Part shown: positions 49,041 through 56,543 of the stretch, in pieces
How positions within the stretch are numbered: position 1 is the first letter of the stretch
Layout of the letters: each line of letters starts with the position of its first letter
Source: a virus
Taxonomy: Duplodnaviria > Caudoviricetes
IMG/VR virus record: IMGVR_UViG_3300028887_000079
Span: 32,001-96,000 of that record
Reading direction: 5' to 3' (one strand)
Length of the DNA: 64,000 nt
Made by a program: the position numbers and the translations under genes
Notes under the pieces: generated by a model
Told to the model about the DNA's origin: nothing
Database searches by the model: none
Seen by the model: the letters and a program-made list of their open reading frames with translations, nothing else

Positions 49041-49171
49041 TTAAAAGGAACGCACAGCACCTGCTGGCACACCACGGGCAGGACCTTACCCCCGGCTAAA
49101 CGGGTCATGGCCGCCGGAGCCTAGCAATTTATCTCGAGTTCAGCTAGGACGCTACTGCACGTTCCTTCTAA
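49041..49171 (-). ncRNA. structured RNA unit
   Basis: ~19-bp closing stem UUAGAAGGAACGUGCAGUA/UGCUGUGCGUUCCUUUUAA with several G-U pairs. Confidence 0.55.
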
Positions 49172-49177
49172 AGGTTG

Positions 49178-49296
49178 AATCTCAATGCTTCTACCGGCGT
49201 TAAGCGGATCCAATGGCGACTAACCTGACCCGGCACGGGTGCGACCCGATTTTCAATTAAGCCCACAAAGAACAACGGAATGGGCGCACTGAGATT
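49178..49296 (-). ncRNA. structured RNA unit
   Basis: 11-bp closing stem AAUCUCAGUGC/GCAUUGAGAUU, internal hairpins. Confidence 0.5.
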
Positions 49297-49300
49297 TTAA

Positions 49301-49454
49301 TGGACCTGCCTGGAGTCGAACCAGCGCATCCTCAACATCGCTTCTGCCTACCGATTGGCTGTAGCGGTTTCCCGCCCAGTGTTTACACGCACCTTATTTC
49401 AGAGCTATCGGCATATTGCGTTGGTTTGAGGCAAGCCCACGCGTTCGCAAGCCC
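49301..49454 (-). ncRNA. mini-tmRNA-like RNA (G3:U70, A73)
   Basis: GGGCUUG/CAGGUCC-A acceptor, UUCGACU T-loop, extended CCUCAA/UUGAGG helix. Confidence 0.6.
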
Positions 49455-49466
49455 AAGATTTTTTAG

Positions 49467-49644
49467 CAGCACCCGCCGGGATCGAACCGGTAGGCTTCCC
49501 AAGGAACATCCTACTACAAGCTTCGGATTCTATTACAAGGGTCGCCAGCGCAGAAACATTGCAATGCCGCTGCCATTTAGAACGGAACCAACCTTCACCT
49601 CGGGCAAGTTTGCAACCCTGCCTCCGGCTATCCGTTCAGGTGCC
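49467..49644 (-). ncRNA. tRNA-chassis RNA with ~145-nt insert
   Basis: GGCACCU/GGGUGCU acceptor; CCGG-UUCGAUC-CCGG T-arm. Confidence 0.6.
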
Positions 49645-49659
49645 AAAAGATTTTTTTAG

Positions 49660-49733
49660 TAGCGGGGGCAGGACTCGAACGCTGCGACCTCGTGGTTATG
49701 AGCCACGCGAGCTACCAACTGCTCTACCCCGCA
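49660..49733 (-). tRNA. tRNA-Met(CAT), initiator-like
   Basis: cloverleaf, loop CUCAUAA, 1:72 mismatch, bulged T-stem. Confidence 0.85.
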
Positions 49734-50029
49734 TCGGGTTCGGGAACAGCGTTATCCTAGCTTCCGGAGCGCGTCAACGCCCAGTTCCCTGACAGCGGGT
49801 TGTTCAATCCCTATTCTCTGTTGCTGCTACAACATCATCCGACTGCGCTGCCGGCGCGAGGCTGATACGCTCAGGCTCTTAGGCGACACATTCTTACGCT
49901 CCAGTGTCTTGCCCTCTCGGGCGCAACTGGCAACTACGCATCCGCATTTCATTTTTTTGCCGGTCGAGGCGGTGTGCGAGACGGACCGGTGAGATCTTTC
50001 CCTGAACTCGGGGCGATTCTCAAATTCGC

Positions 50030-50141
50030 TCTTCCGCTGGAGGTCTTTAATTATACCAGCTCTTTTTACGGCTTGCATTCCGCTGCCGCACCCGATTTAG
50101 AATTGCGTAGGATCTGCAGCGCCCGCGCAACTCACGGAAGA
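50030..50141 (-). ncRNA. structured RNA unit (multi-branch)
   Basis: UCUUCCG/CGGAAGA closing stem with three hairpins. Confidence 0.45.
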
Positions 50142-50149
50142 AAAACTTT

Positions 50150-50237
50150 GCCGTTGCCTTCGCGTGTAACGATTGCCACCCGGCGAATCTATTATACGCT
50201 CTACCCCGTGCTGAAGGGCGGTGTCGCCGACAACGGC
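50150..50237 (-). ncRNA. structured RNA unit
   Basis: GCCGUUGUC/GGCAACGGC closing stem; CCGCCC/GGGUGG inner helix. Confidence 0.45.
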
Positions 50238-50248
50238 GAGAAATTAAA

Positions 50249-50351
50249 AGCGCATACCCGCGGTCCACCTATATCCGCCAGTATTTAGCCGTCCCGGACA
50301 CGGCGGGGCACAGTGGTTCCAAGAATGACTTGTCTCCCACACGTATGCGCC
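50249..50351 (-). ncRNA. structured RNA unit
   Basis: GGCGCAUAC/GUAUGCGCU closing stem immediately 3' of tmRNA. Confidence 0.5.
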
Positions 50352-50356
50352 ATTCG

Positions 50357-50709
50357 TGGAGGTGGCGGGAGTCGAACCCGCGTCCAAAAATACTTACGCG
50401 CTTGCTACTACACGCTTTTTCCTTGCATTTGCTCTCGCCTTGCCACGCCCAAAAGGAAACGGCGATGCTTCGGCCTACAGCGACAGATTTCGGATATGCG
50501 CCTCGCTGTCAAGCTTCTATCCTAGCCCGATTTGCGACTCGGACTCCATCCCTACGGGCGGCGAGGTGGGTCCAAGGGTTGCCCTAAATTAGGCAGCCTG
50601 TGCTACAGGTGCAGCATTTATTTTTTACAGACTTTTTTACGAGTGCCCACGTCTGTGACCTCGGCGTGCAACTTGCGTATCGGTATCCCTGTCGAAACCA
50701 GGCACCCCC
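50357..50709 (-). ncRNA. ssrA: tmRNA, tag (A)AAPVAQAA
   Basis: 5' GGGGGUGCCUGGUUUCGAC; 3' GACGCGGGUUCGACUCCCGCCACCUCCA; G3:U70; resume codon after AUAAAU at 50615. Confidence 0.92.
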
Positions 50710-50715
50710 GATAGT

Positions 50716-50928
50716 TTAAGCCTGAGCCGGAGCTTCAGCCGTTTCGGTCTTTTCAGCCTTGGCGCCCTTTTCGGCAGCCTTGGCGGCCTTTTCGGCAGCG
50801 CGTTCAGCCTTGCGCTGTTCACGGAGCGGGGTCAGTTCGGCGAGAACGGCGGCGGTGTCCTTTCCGGCCTTCTTGAGGGTGGAAGCCTTGTGGGCGAGTT
50901 TGCGAATCTTCAACTGTAATTCGGTCAT
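50716..50928 (-). CDS. small basic helical protein heading the RNA operon
   Basis: AAGGAG RBS, high-expression codons, stop just upstream of the tmRNA 5' end. Confidence 0.75.
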   Translation of the reverse strand: MTELQLKIRKLAHKASTLKKAGKDTAAVLAELTPLREQRKAERAAEKAAKAAEKGAKAEKTETAEAPAQA

Positions 50929-50969
50929 TTTGATCTCCTTGGTTAAAATGCCAGTTAAATGTCCTCTGT

Positions 50970-50978
50970 AATATACGG
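50970..50978 (-). promoter_or_regulatory. CCGTATATT promoter driving the tmRNA/ncRNA operon
   Basis: same motif precedes many minus-strand genes. Confidence 0.6.
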
Positions 50979-51034
50979 ACTTGTGGACTCATTGGCAATG
51001 CCCGCCCGAAAAAAGTCCATTTTTCTGCAAAAAC

Positions 51035-51066
51035 GGGGTGTCTTTTTCAAAATACGGATGTATATT
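51035..51066 (+). promoter_or_regulatory. early promoter GGGGTGTCTTTTTCA-N11-TATATT
   Basis: exact motif copy. Confidence 0.8.
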
Positions 51067-51109
51067 ATAGACATAGCCCGCAGGTAGCGGGTAGACAAGG
51101 AAAGAAATT

Positions 51110-51391
51110 ATGGAAGATAATAAGAAGAAGCCCCTCTACCGCCTCGGGACCGCTATGGAACGCGCTTTGTTTGCCAGCGGAAAAGCACAATACTTTAATG
51201 AATGTGCCGAATATCATCGCGCCATTTGGCGCAAAACCCGCTCACAAAAGCGTGCCGCCCACGCTATGGCGTGGATCTCCAAGATGCTCAAAAAAAAGGA
51301 ATTTTGGATGAAAGCCGCAGAATACTGGGGCAACAAGATTTGTGAAACATACCGCCTCGGGCAGTCCGCCCGCGTTATTTTCGGAGTATAG
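51110..51391 (+). CDS. hypothetical protein (paralog of 51401-51649)
   Basis: shared MER.LFA...FW.KA..Y..KI. Confidence 0.7.
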   Translation: MEDNKKKPLYRLGTAMERALFASGKAQYFNECAEYHRAIWRKTRSQKRAAHAMAWISKMLKKKEFWMKAAEYWGNKICETYRLGQSARVIFGV

Positions 51392-51400
51392 GGGGCGCCG

Positions 51401-51649
51401 ATGAAAATCCCATTGCTCAAAACTAATATGGAGCGCCTGCTTTTCGCAGCATCCCGCCAGCGCGTTTTCGAAGAGGCGGCCGAAACGCATAAGCAACGCG
51501 CCTGCCGTGCGCAGCGCCCGGACACATACCGGAAAGCATACCGCCTCGCAGTCCTGACCTTAAAGCGAGCCAACTTTTGGAATAAGGCCGTCAAATACTA
51601 CGCGGCGAAGATCAAAGGCGCCGACTATTTCATCACACGTTATTTATAA
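51401..51649 (+). CDS. hypothetical protein (paralog of 51110-51391)
   Basis: shared MER.LFA...FW.KA..Y..KI. Confidence 0.7.
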   Translation: MKIPLLKTNMERLLFAASRQRVFEEAAETHKQRACRAQRPDTYRKAYRLAVLTLKRANFWNKAVKYYAAKIKGADYFITRYL

Positions 51650-51661
51650 AAGGAGTCCATC

Positions 51662-51970
51662 ATGACAAAAGCAACAGAAACCAAATTCTCCAGCGAAGAA
51701 ACTTTCGTCCTCGGTCTTTTCGTAAAGGCCCATAACGGCAAATCGTGGGTCGCCTTCAGGGAGACCGCCAATAGCATCTACATGTCCGCTACCGCAACCG
51801 GAAAGCAGGTCAAGAAGATCGAAATCACAAAAACGTCCGATACCGGCTTTCAGGTCGAAATCTCAAGCGGCCATTTTGTGCGCTGCCACATGCACTGGTT
51901 AGGCTCGCTCACAAACCTGCTCCGCCGTATGGAACTTGAACTGATTCACCCCGAATTTCAGGAGGACTAA
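51662..51970 (+). CDS. hypothetical protein
   Basis: AAGGAG RBS. Confidence 0.7.
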   Translation: MTKATETKFSSEETFVLGLFVKAHNGKSWVAFRETANSIYMSATATGKQVKKIEITKTSDTGFQVEISSGHFVRCHMHWLGSLTNLLRRMELELIHPEFQED

Positions 51971-52091
51971 CAATGAAGTCCGTATCTTATGAAACACTCC
52001 GCCGCATTATGGCGGACCGCATTGCAAGTCGCTACCACGATGCCGCCATCAAGGCCGTGCGTGAACGCCACGCCAACAAAGGAGATGCAAA

Positions 52092-52337
52092 ATGAGAATC
52101 ACATATGAAGATGTCCCAATAGCGTTTGCCGTGAAACATCGCGCCGAATGTGAAGCGGAATGCGATAGCGAAACCTCGCTTACCTGCTATTGTGGCAGGC
52201 TGGCGACCGGTTTCCACACTATGAATTGCAGCCGATACAAGAAGAAACTTCAGGCGAAGATCACCGCCCGCTATCGTGCAGCGTTGAAAACAATGAAGGC
52301 GAGCGCCGCAAACGCCCCCGCAAAGGCGGCAGTATGA
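52092..52337 (+). CDS. hypothetical Zn-binding protein
   Basis: CYCGRLATGFH...C. Confidence 0.65.
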   Translation: MRITYEDVPIAFAVKHRAECEAECDSETSLTCYCGRLATGFHTMNCSRYKKKLQAKITARYRAALKTMKASAANAPAKAAV

Positions 52338-52576
52338 TCGCTATACGCCATATTAGAAAAGAACGCGAAGGCAGAAAAACCGTAGAAAAGGTCTACGGCG
52401 ATCCCATCAAGTTTTTAGATTTACAATCGCAAGCGGCCGCGTTTGTGCAAAACTGGAATAGCGGATCGATGCTGTCGAGAGTTACGGCGGAGAATTGGTC
52501 GCCCGCGCAGTTTGCCGAATGGGTGCGCGAGCAGCTTGAAAACATCGCCAACCGATTGGACAACCATAATTTGTAG
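52334..52576 (+). CDS. hypothetical protein
   Basis: ATGA overlap. Confidence 0.6.
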   Translation: MIAIRHIRKEREGRKTVEKVYGDPIKFLDLQSQAAAFVQNWNSGSMLSRVTAENWSPAQFAEWVREQLENIANRLDNHNL

Positions 52577-52584
52577 GAGGTCCT

Positions 52585-52995
52585 ATGTATTTGTTTCGAA
52601 GAGTTATGCAGGAGATAAACGAGACGAAGCACACCGCATTCATCAACGTTTATCAAACCCTCAGCCCCGATTTGAATGACCTGATCAAGTCAGCGAAAAG
52701 CAACGTGGCGCCCGGATTTGATGTCACCATTCGCCGAGCATTTTACACTCCCGCGCCGAATCAGGTCCTCTATCAAGGATGCGTGTTCAGTTGCCGTGGA
52801 TGGTATCGCTTCAAAGACAACGCTACCGGAAACTCCTACTTCACCCGCATGCGCATTTTTATTTACAATGTAGACAACAATTACAGCCCGAATGTGGACA
52901 TTAAGGCGTTTGAGAAAACACCAATCGCGGGCGGGTATGTTGGCGACAACATCGGCGAATTTGACCACTACTACAACGTCCTTTCGATGAGATAA
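52585..52995 (+). CDS. hypothetical protein
   Basis: AGGAGG RBS. Confidence 0.7.
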   Translation: MYLFRRVMQEINETKHTAFINVYQTLSPDLNDLIKSAKSNVAPGFDVTIRRAFYTPAPNQVLYQGCVFSCRGWYRFKDNATGNSYFTRMRIFIYNVDNNYSPNVDIKAFEKTPIAGGYVGDNIGEFDHYYNVLSMR

Positions 52996-52998
52996 AAA

Positions 52999-53100
52999 TG
53001 CAATACGGCGCTTAAATCGCATGAATGCGGCAAAGGCGCCTCTTACTATGGGCAGGCGGAGAAACCGGCTCAAACGCGCGTTTACGGCGAAAGAAACGCT
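52999..53100. repeat. quasi-palindromic element, degenerate copy 5
   Basis: CAATACGGCGCTTAAATCGC...AAACGCGCGTTTACGGCGA. Confidence 0.45.
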
Positions 53101-53112
53101 ACTAGGCGACTA

Positions 53113-53355
53113 ATGGGAAATGAAAAATACATAATCGGACCATATGAAAAAGGAAAGATCTACGAATGCTCTTGGTTTGACAGCCGCATGAATGGGTGCT
53201 CCGCCCGTTTCAAGGCAGTCATGCGCAAGGGCCGCATCGTATTCAACGAGCTGGACTCGTCCAGGGTTCATTCCCCGGAGGAGTTTTATTATATTGGAAT
53301 TGCGAGGGATCAGTATCCGCACGAGCGCATAGTCTTCCAACAAATTGAAGACTAG
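53113..53355 (+). CDS. hypothetical protein
   Basis: ORF in + strand run. Confidence 0.55.
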   Translation: MGNEKYIIGPYEKGKIYECSWFDSRMNGCSARFKAVMRKGRIVFNELDSSRVHSPEEFYYIGIARDQYPHERIVFQQIED

Positions 53356-53383
53356 CGTATATTTGGTAAAACAGAGGACCGCT

Positions 53384-53920
53384 ATGAAAAAACTCACCAA
53401 GGCACAAATCGAAAAAATCACGAACTACGCCAAGGAACATTTCACTGTCGAAAAGGACAAAGAATGGGCGGATTCGTGGGATGTCCTGATGGACGGCTGC
53501 TTCATTGGGCTTGCCCACAAGGAATTTGAAAACGAGGACTACACCTACAACATCCCGGTCGGAGATCCGAAACTGGAACTCGCATTCGAACCGGATGGCG
53601 AAATTCTCCTCCTTGTCGAAAAGGAGATTTCGAAGGTGGAAGCCTACAAGGACTTTGATAAAACAAGCGACAGCCGCGTTGCCTGCATCGGATTCTCGGA
53701 AAAGAATCAGGCGTGGACGGGCTGGTCACATCGCGCCTGCTGCAGTTTCAAGATCGGGGACGAAATCAAGAAGGGCGACCTTGCCGCGTCCTCCGGTTGG
53801 ATCCCCGAATACGAAAAGGAACATCCGGAACGCTGCTTCAATCTCAAGCCCGGTTTCAAATGCGAAACGCTTGATGATTGCCGCAAGGCAGCAATCGCCT
53901 ACGCGATGGCCGTGGCATAA
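53384..53920 (+). CDS. hypothetical phage protein
   Basis: CIGFSEK.QAWTGWSHRA; CGTATATT upstream. Confidence 0.7.
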   Translation: MKKLTKAQIEKITNYAKEHFTVEKDKEWADSWDVLMDGCFIGLAHKEFENEDYTYNIPVGDPKLELAFEPDGEILLLVEKEISKVEAYKDFDKTSDSRVACIGFSEKNQAWTGWSHRACCSFKIGDEIKKGDLAASSGWIPEYEKEHPERCFNLKPGFKCETLDDCRKAAIAYAMAVA

Positions 53921-53944
53921 CAAACATTTACCCGTAAACAAATA

Positions 53945-53974
53945 ACCCCGGAATTGCTTCCGGGGTTTCCTTTT
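53945..53974. terminator. bidirectional terminator
   Basis: AACCCCGGAA TTGC TTCCGGGGTT between convergent genes. Confidence 0.75.
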
Positions 53975-53990
53975 GTGCGGGGAAGGAAAT

Positions 53991-54335
53991 TTATTCCTCG
54001 ATGATCACGGCGCCAGCAGGTTCGAGATATTCGTGTGCTGCCTTGTTCTCCATCTTGCAACCGCGATACTGGTCCCAACCCTTGACGAAGAAGACGATGT
54101 CCGCAGTGGACAGAAGTTCGAAGGACTTGCCGAGGAACCACAGCGGCTTGGCGTCATGCGGGGCATCCTTGAAGAAGGAGTCGATGACTTCGATCTTGCG
54201 TTCGCCTTCAGGGATACCAAGCTGAGCGTTGACGTAATTCTGTGCGGCTTCAATCGCACGCTTACGTTCGGCTTCGATCTGTTCGTTGGTCTTGTCCTTC
54301 ATGGGCTGGGAAATGAAAAGTCTATGCGTAGACAT
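53991..54335 (-). CDS. DUF4406 / nucleoside deoxyribosyltransferase-like protein
   Basis: FISQPM...LSTADIVFF..GW...RGC.ME. Confidence 0.65.
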   Translation of the reverse strand: MSTHRLFISQPMKDKTNEQIEAERKRAIEAAQNYVNAQLGIPEGERKIEVIDSFFKDAPHDAKPLWFLGKSFELLSTADIVFFVKGWDQYRGCKMENKAAHEYLEPAGAVIIEE

Positions 54336-54367
54336 TTTGGATTCTCCTTTATGGATTAAGTGGATAC

Positions 54368-54859
54368 TCATGCGGAGCGTCTCCGGGCCCATTCGGCGAT
54401 AAGAAGCGCATCGGCATCTCCGTGCTTGCGGATAAGTTCCTCATGGGCGGGGAACATGCGGATACCAATTTCTTTGCTTGCCTTCTTGAGAACGGGGGCG
54501 CCTTTAAGTCCGGCGGGAAGAAGCGCCTTCTGCCAAGCACCGGAATCGATGTATTCATAACCGAGTTTCAAGCGCTCCAGCACAATCAGCGTTGCTTCAA
54601 TGGAGCGGGCCGCCGAGATGGATGCCTGAAAGCGCATTGCGTTAATCATTGGGCGCTCAATCACAACGCGCGTGCTCATCGAATTGAACGGGGAAAGAAG
54701 TTTCTCCAGTTCAACCGTATCAATGCGGTTGATGTGGCGCACCTTGGATTTTTGATAGCCAAGGCATTCAAACACCGGGGTTTCAAGGAAAGTCGTGGTG
54801 TCGCCGTCAAGGATGGCGATGGTCCCGGTTACGCCGTTGTCGATTCCGATATAGGTCAT
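54368..54859 (-). CDS. RuvC-like Holliday junction resolvase
   Basis: YIGIDNG, VIE, WQK, DADALLIAE. Confidence 0.75.
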   Translation of the reverse strand: MTYIGIDNGVTGTIAILDGDTTTFLETPVFECLGYQKSKVRHINRIDTVELEKLLSPFNSMSTRVVIERPMINAMRFQASISAARSIEATLIVLERLKLGYEYIDSGAWQKALLPAGLKGAPVLKKASKEIGIRMFPAHEELIRKHGDADALLIAEWARRRSA

Positions 54860-54860
54860 A

Positions 54861-55754
54861 TTAGTCCTTTATTTTCCAATCGTTAATAGCAAGGGAGCGC
54901 AACCACTTTTCCTGATCCGGAAGGGTGGCGGCGATTTCATCGAGCGAATGCGGAGTGCCGACCTGTTCAAGGCACTTGCCGTATGTCGCAATGAAATTCG
55001 GAACTTTTGCCATAGCACGGAGGATGGTTGCCGCATCATCAAAGCCGCATTCAAGATTTAGAATCCGGAGCGCTTCGCGGGCGGCGGCGTTCATAGCAGT
55101 TTCACGAAGGGCATTTTCAAACTCCTCGCGCGTTACCGGCGGGTGTTCCACCTTCGGCGCATCAACCTTCGGTGGTTCAGCCTTCGGGACTTCAGCCTTC
55201 GGCGGTTCTTCAACGGGAGCCGTTTCAGGTTCACCTTCAAGTTTCTTGCGGTCTTCTGCCTGTTTGATTTTTTCAAGTTCGTCCGGTTCTTCCCAATCGC
55301 TGACATTGTCCGGCGTGCACCAATCATCGTTCGGCTGTTCGGCAGGTGCTGCGGCTTCCACCGTAACGGGGACGTTTACCGCATGAACATCATTACCGCG
55401 TGCCGCATCAAGATGGACCACCACCTCCGGTTCGGCGGGCGTAAGCGCAACCGCATCTTCAATGTCGGAAGGTTTCTTGGGTTCGGGAAGGGCTGCCACC
55501 TGAATCGGATCGAGGCCATCGCCTTCCATAACGCAGGCGAGGAGAACATCAAAAGTGATGCCATCCAAATTGACGGCGCCACCATCAAAGGTGAGCGATT
55601 TGAGTTCACCACCATTTTCGATGTATTTGAATCTTCCGATTTCGCGGAGCTTGCCTTCGGGCGTCCCCGTATATTTTCGCGTGCACGGCTGGTTGTAATC
55701 AACTGCGCCGCACGCATAGCGTAATTGCTTAGATTGAGCTTTCGTGATAATCAT
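54861..55754 (-). CDS. hypothetical protein with Pro/Glu-rich linker
   Basis: 297-aa ORF, CGTATATT upstream. Confidence 0.7.
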   Translation of the reverse strand: MIITKAQSKQLRYACGAVDYNQPCTRKYTGTPEGKLREIGRFKYIENGGELKSLTFDGGAVNLDGITFDVLLACVMEGDGLDPIQVAALPEPKKPSDIEDAVALTPAEPEVVVHLDAARGNDVHAVNVPVTVEAAAPAEQPNDDWCTPDNVSDWEEPDELEKIKQAEDRKKLEGEPETAPVEEPPKAEVPKAEPPKVDAPKVEHPPVTREEFENALRETAMNAAAREALRILNLECGFDDAATILRAMAKVPNFIATYGKCLEQVGTPHSLDEIAATLPDQEKWLRSLAINDWKIKD

Positions 55755-55776
55755 GAACTAATATACGAGGTATAGG

Positions 55777-56034
55777 ATGCCAACGGACAGAAAACAATAT
55801 AATCGGGATTACTACAAGAAACATCCCGGTATATGGAAAAAAAATTACGAAAAGAACGCGGACGCACGCCGCGAGAGTTCTAGGAACTACGCGAACAAGA
55901 AGTGGGAGTCCGACCCCGAGTATAGAAAGAGTCATACCGAAAATACAATCCGGCGCACGCGCATTTTGCGCCTTGCTGGCTCTATAACTAAAAGCGCTTC
56001 CAAGGCCCTTGCAGCACTAGAAAAGCTCTTATAG
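55777..56034 (+). CDS. small basic hypothetical protein
   Basis: GAGG RBS. Confidence 0.55.
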   Translation: MPTDRKQYNRDYYKKHPGIWKKNYEKNADARRESSRNYANKKWESDPEYRKSHTENTIRRTRILRLAGSITKSASKALAALEKLL

Positions 56035-56065
56035 GGGTGTCTTTTTCAAACAAAGAATGTATATT
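56034..56065 (+). promoter_or_regulatory. early promoter GGGGTGTCTTTTTCA-N11-TATATT
   Basis: exact motif copy. Confidence 0.8.
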
Positions 56066-56111
56066 TAAGGTAGGCGGCGATGTTGCCTGCCTTCTTTTAT
56101 GCGAGGAAATT

Positions 56112-56543
56112 ATGAGCAGAAGTCCTATAATCGAGGCTTTGAAAGCCACAGACGCGAAAATGCTTCGCGATGCAAAATACACCATCGAAAACGGCATCCT
56201 CGAACATGCAGGGCTGGACGAAATCAATGGCGTTATGGTAGTCAACGCGACTATCCAATTTCCGGGAGGAGGTGGCGCGTGCTCCCTCGGCGGCCTCACG
56301 TGCGGCCAGTTCATCCCCTTCGACAAAACAATTCACGGTTCCCGCTTCGGATTGGAAGCGCTCTTGTGGCTGATGGCCGTTGCCGGGGTAGAACATAGCG
56401 AGGACCTCTGTGGCCAGTATGTCCGTGTAGCTTTTGACGAAACCGGAAAGGCTCGCTACATAGGCCACATTGTCAAGGACATTTGGCTCGACTTTGAAAG
56501 GCTTGCCAAGGGAATCAAGGATGAAGACGATGCAAAAAAGTGA
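56112..56543 (+). CDS. hypothetical protein
   Basis: GAGG RBS after promoter. Confidence 0.7.
   Translation: MSRSPIIEALKATDAKMLRDAKYTIENGILEHAGLDEINGVMVVNATIQFPGGGGACSLGGLTCGQFIPFDKTIHGSRFGLEALLWLMAVAGVEHSEDLCGQYVRVAFDETGKARYIGHIVKDIWLDFERLAKGIKDEDDAKK

Noticed and set aside
49467-49644. Group I intron in a tRNA
   Set aside because: Insert is short, no recognisable P7 core, and no reconstructable D and anticodon arms
47604-50822. Many short ORFs listed on both strands in the RNA array
   Set aside because: They overlap tRNA/tmRNA structures, lack RBS and have atypical composition
53991-54371. MSIHLIHKGES as another capsid-targeting leader
   Set aside because: A stronger AGGAG-ATG start at 54335 lies downstream, so this segment is probably untranslated
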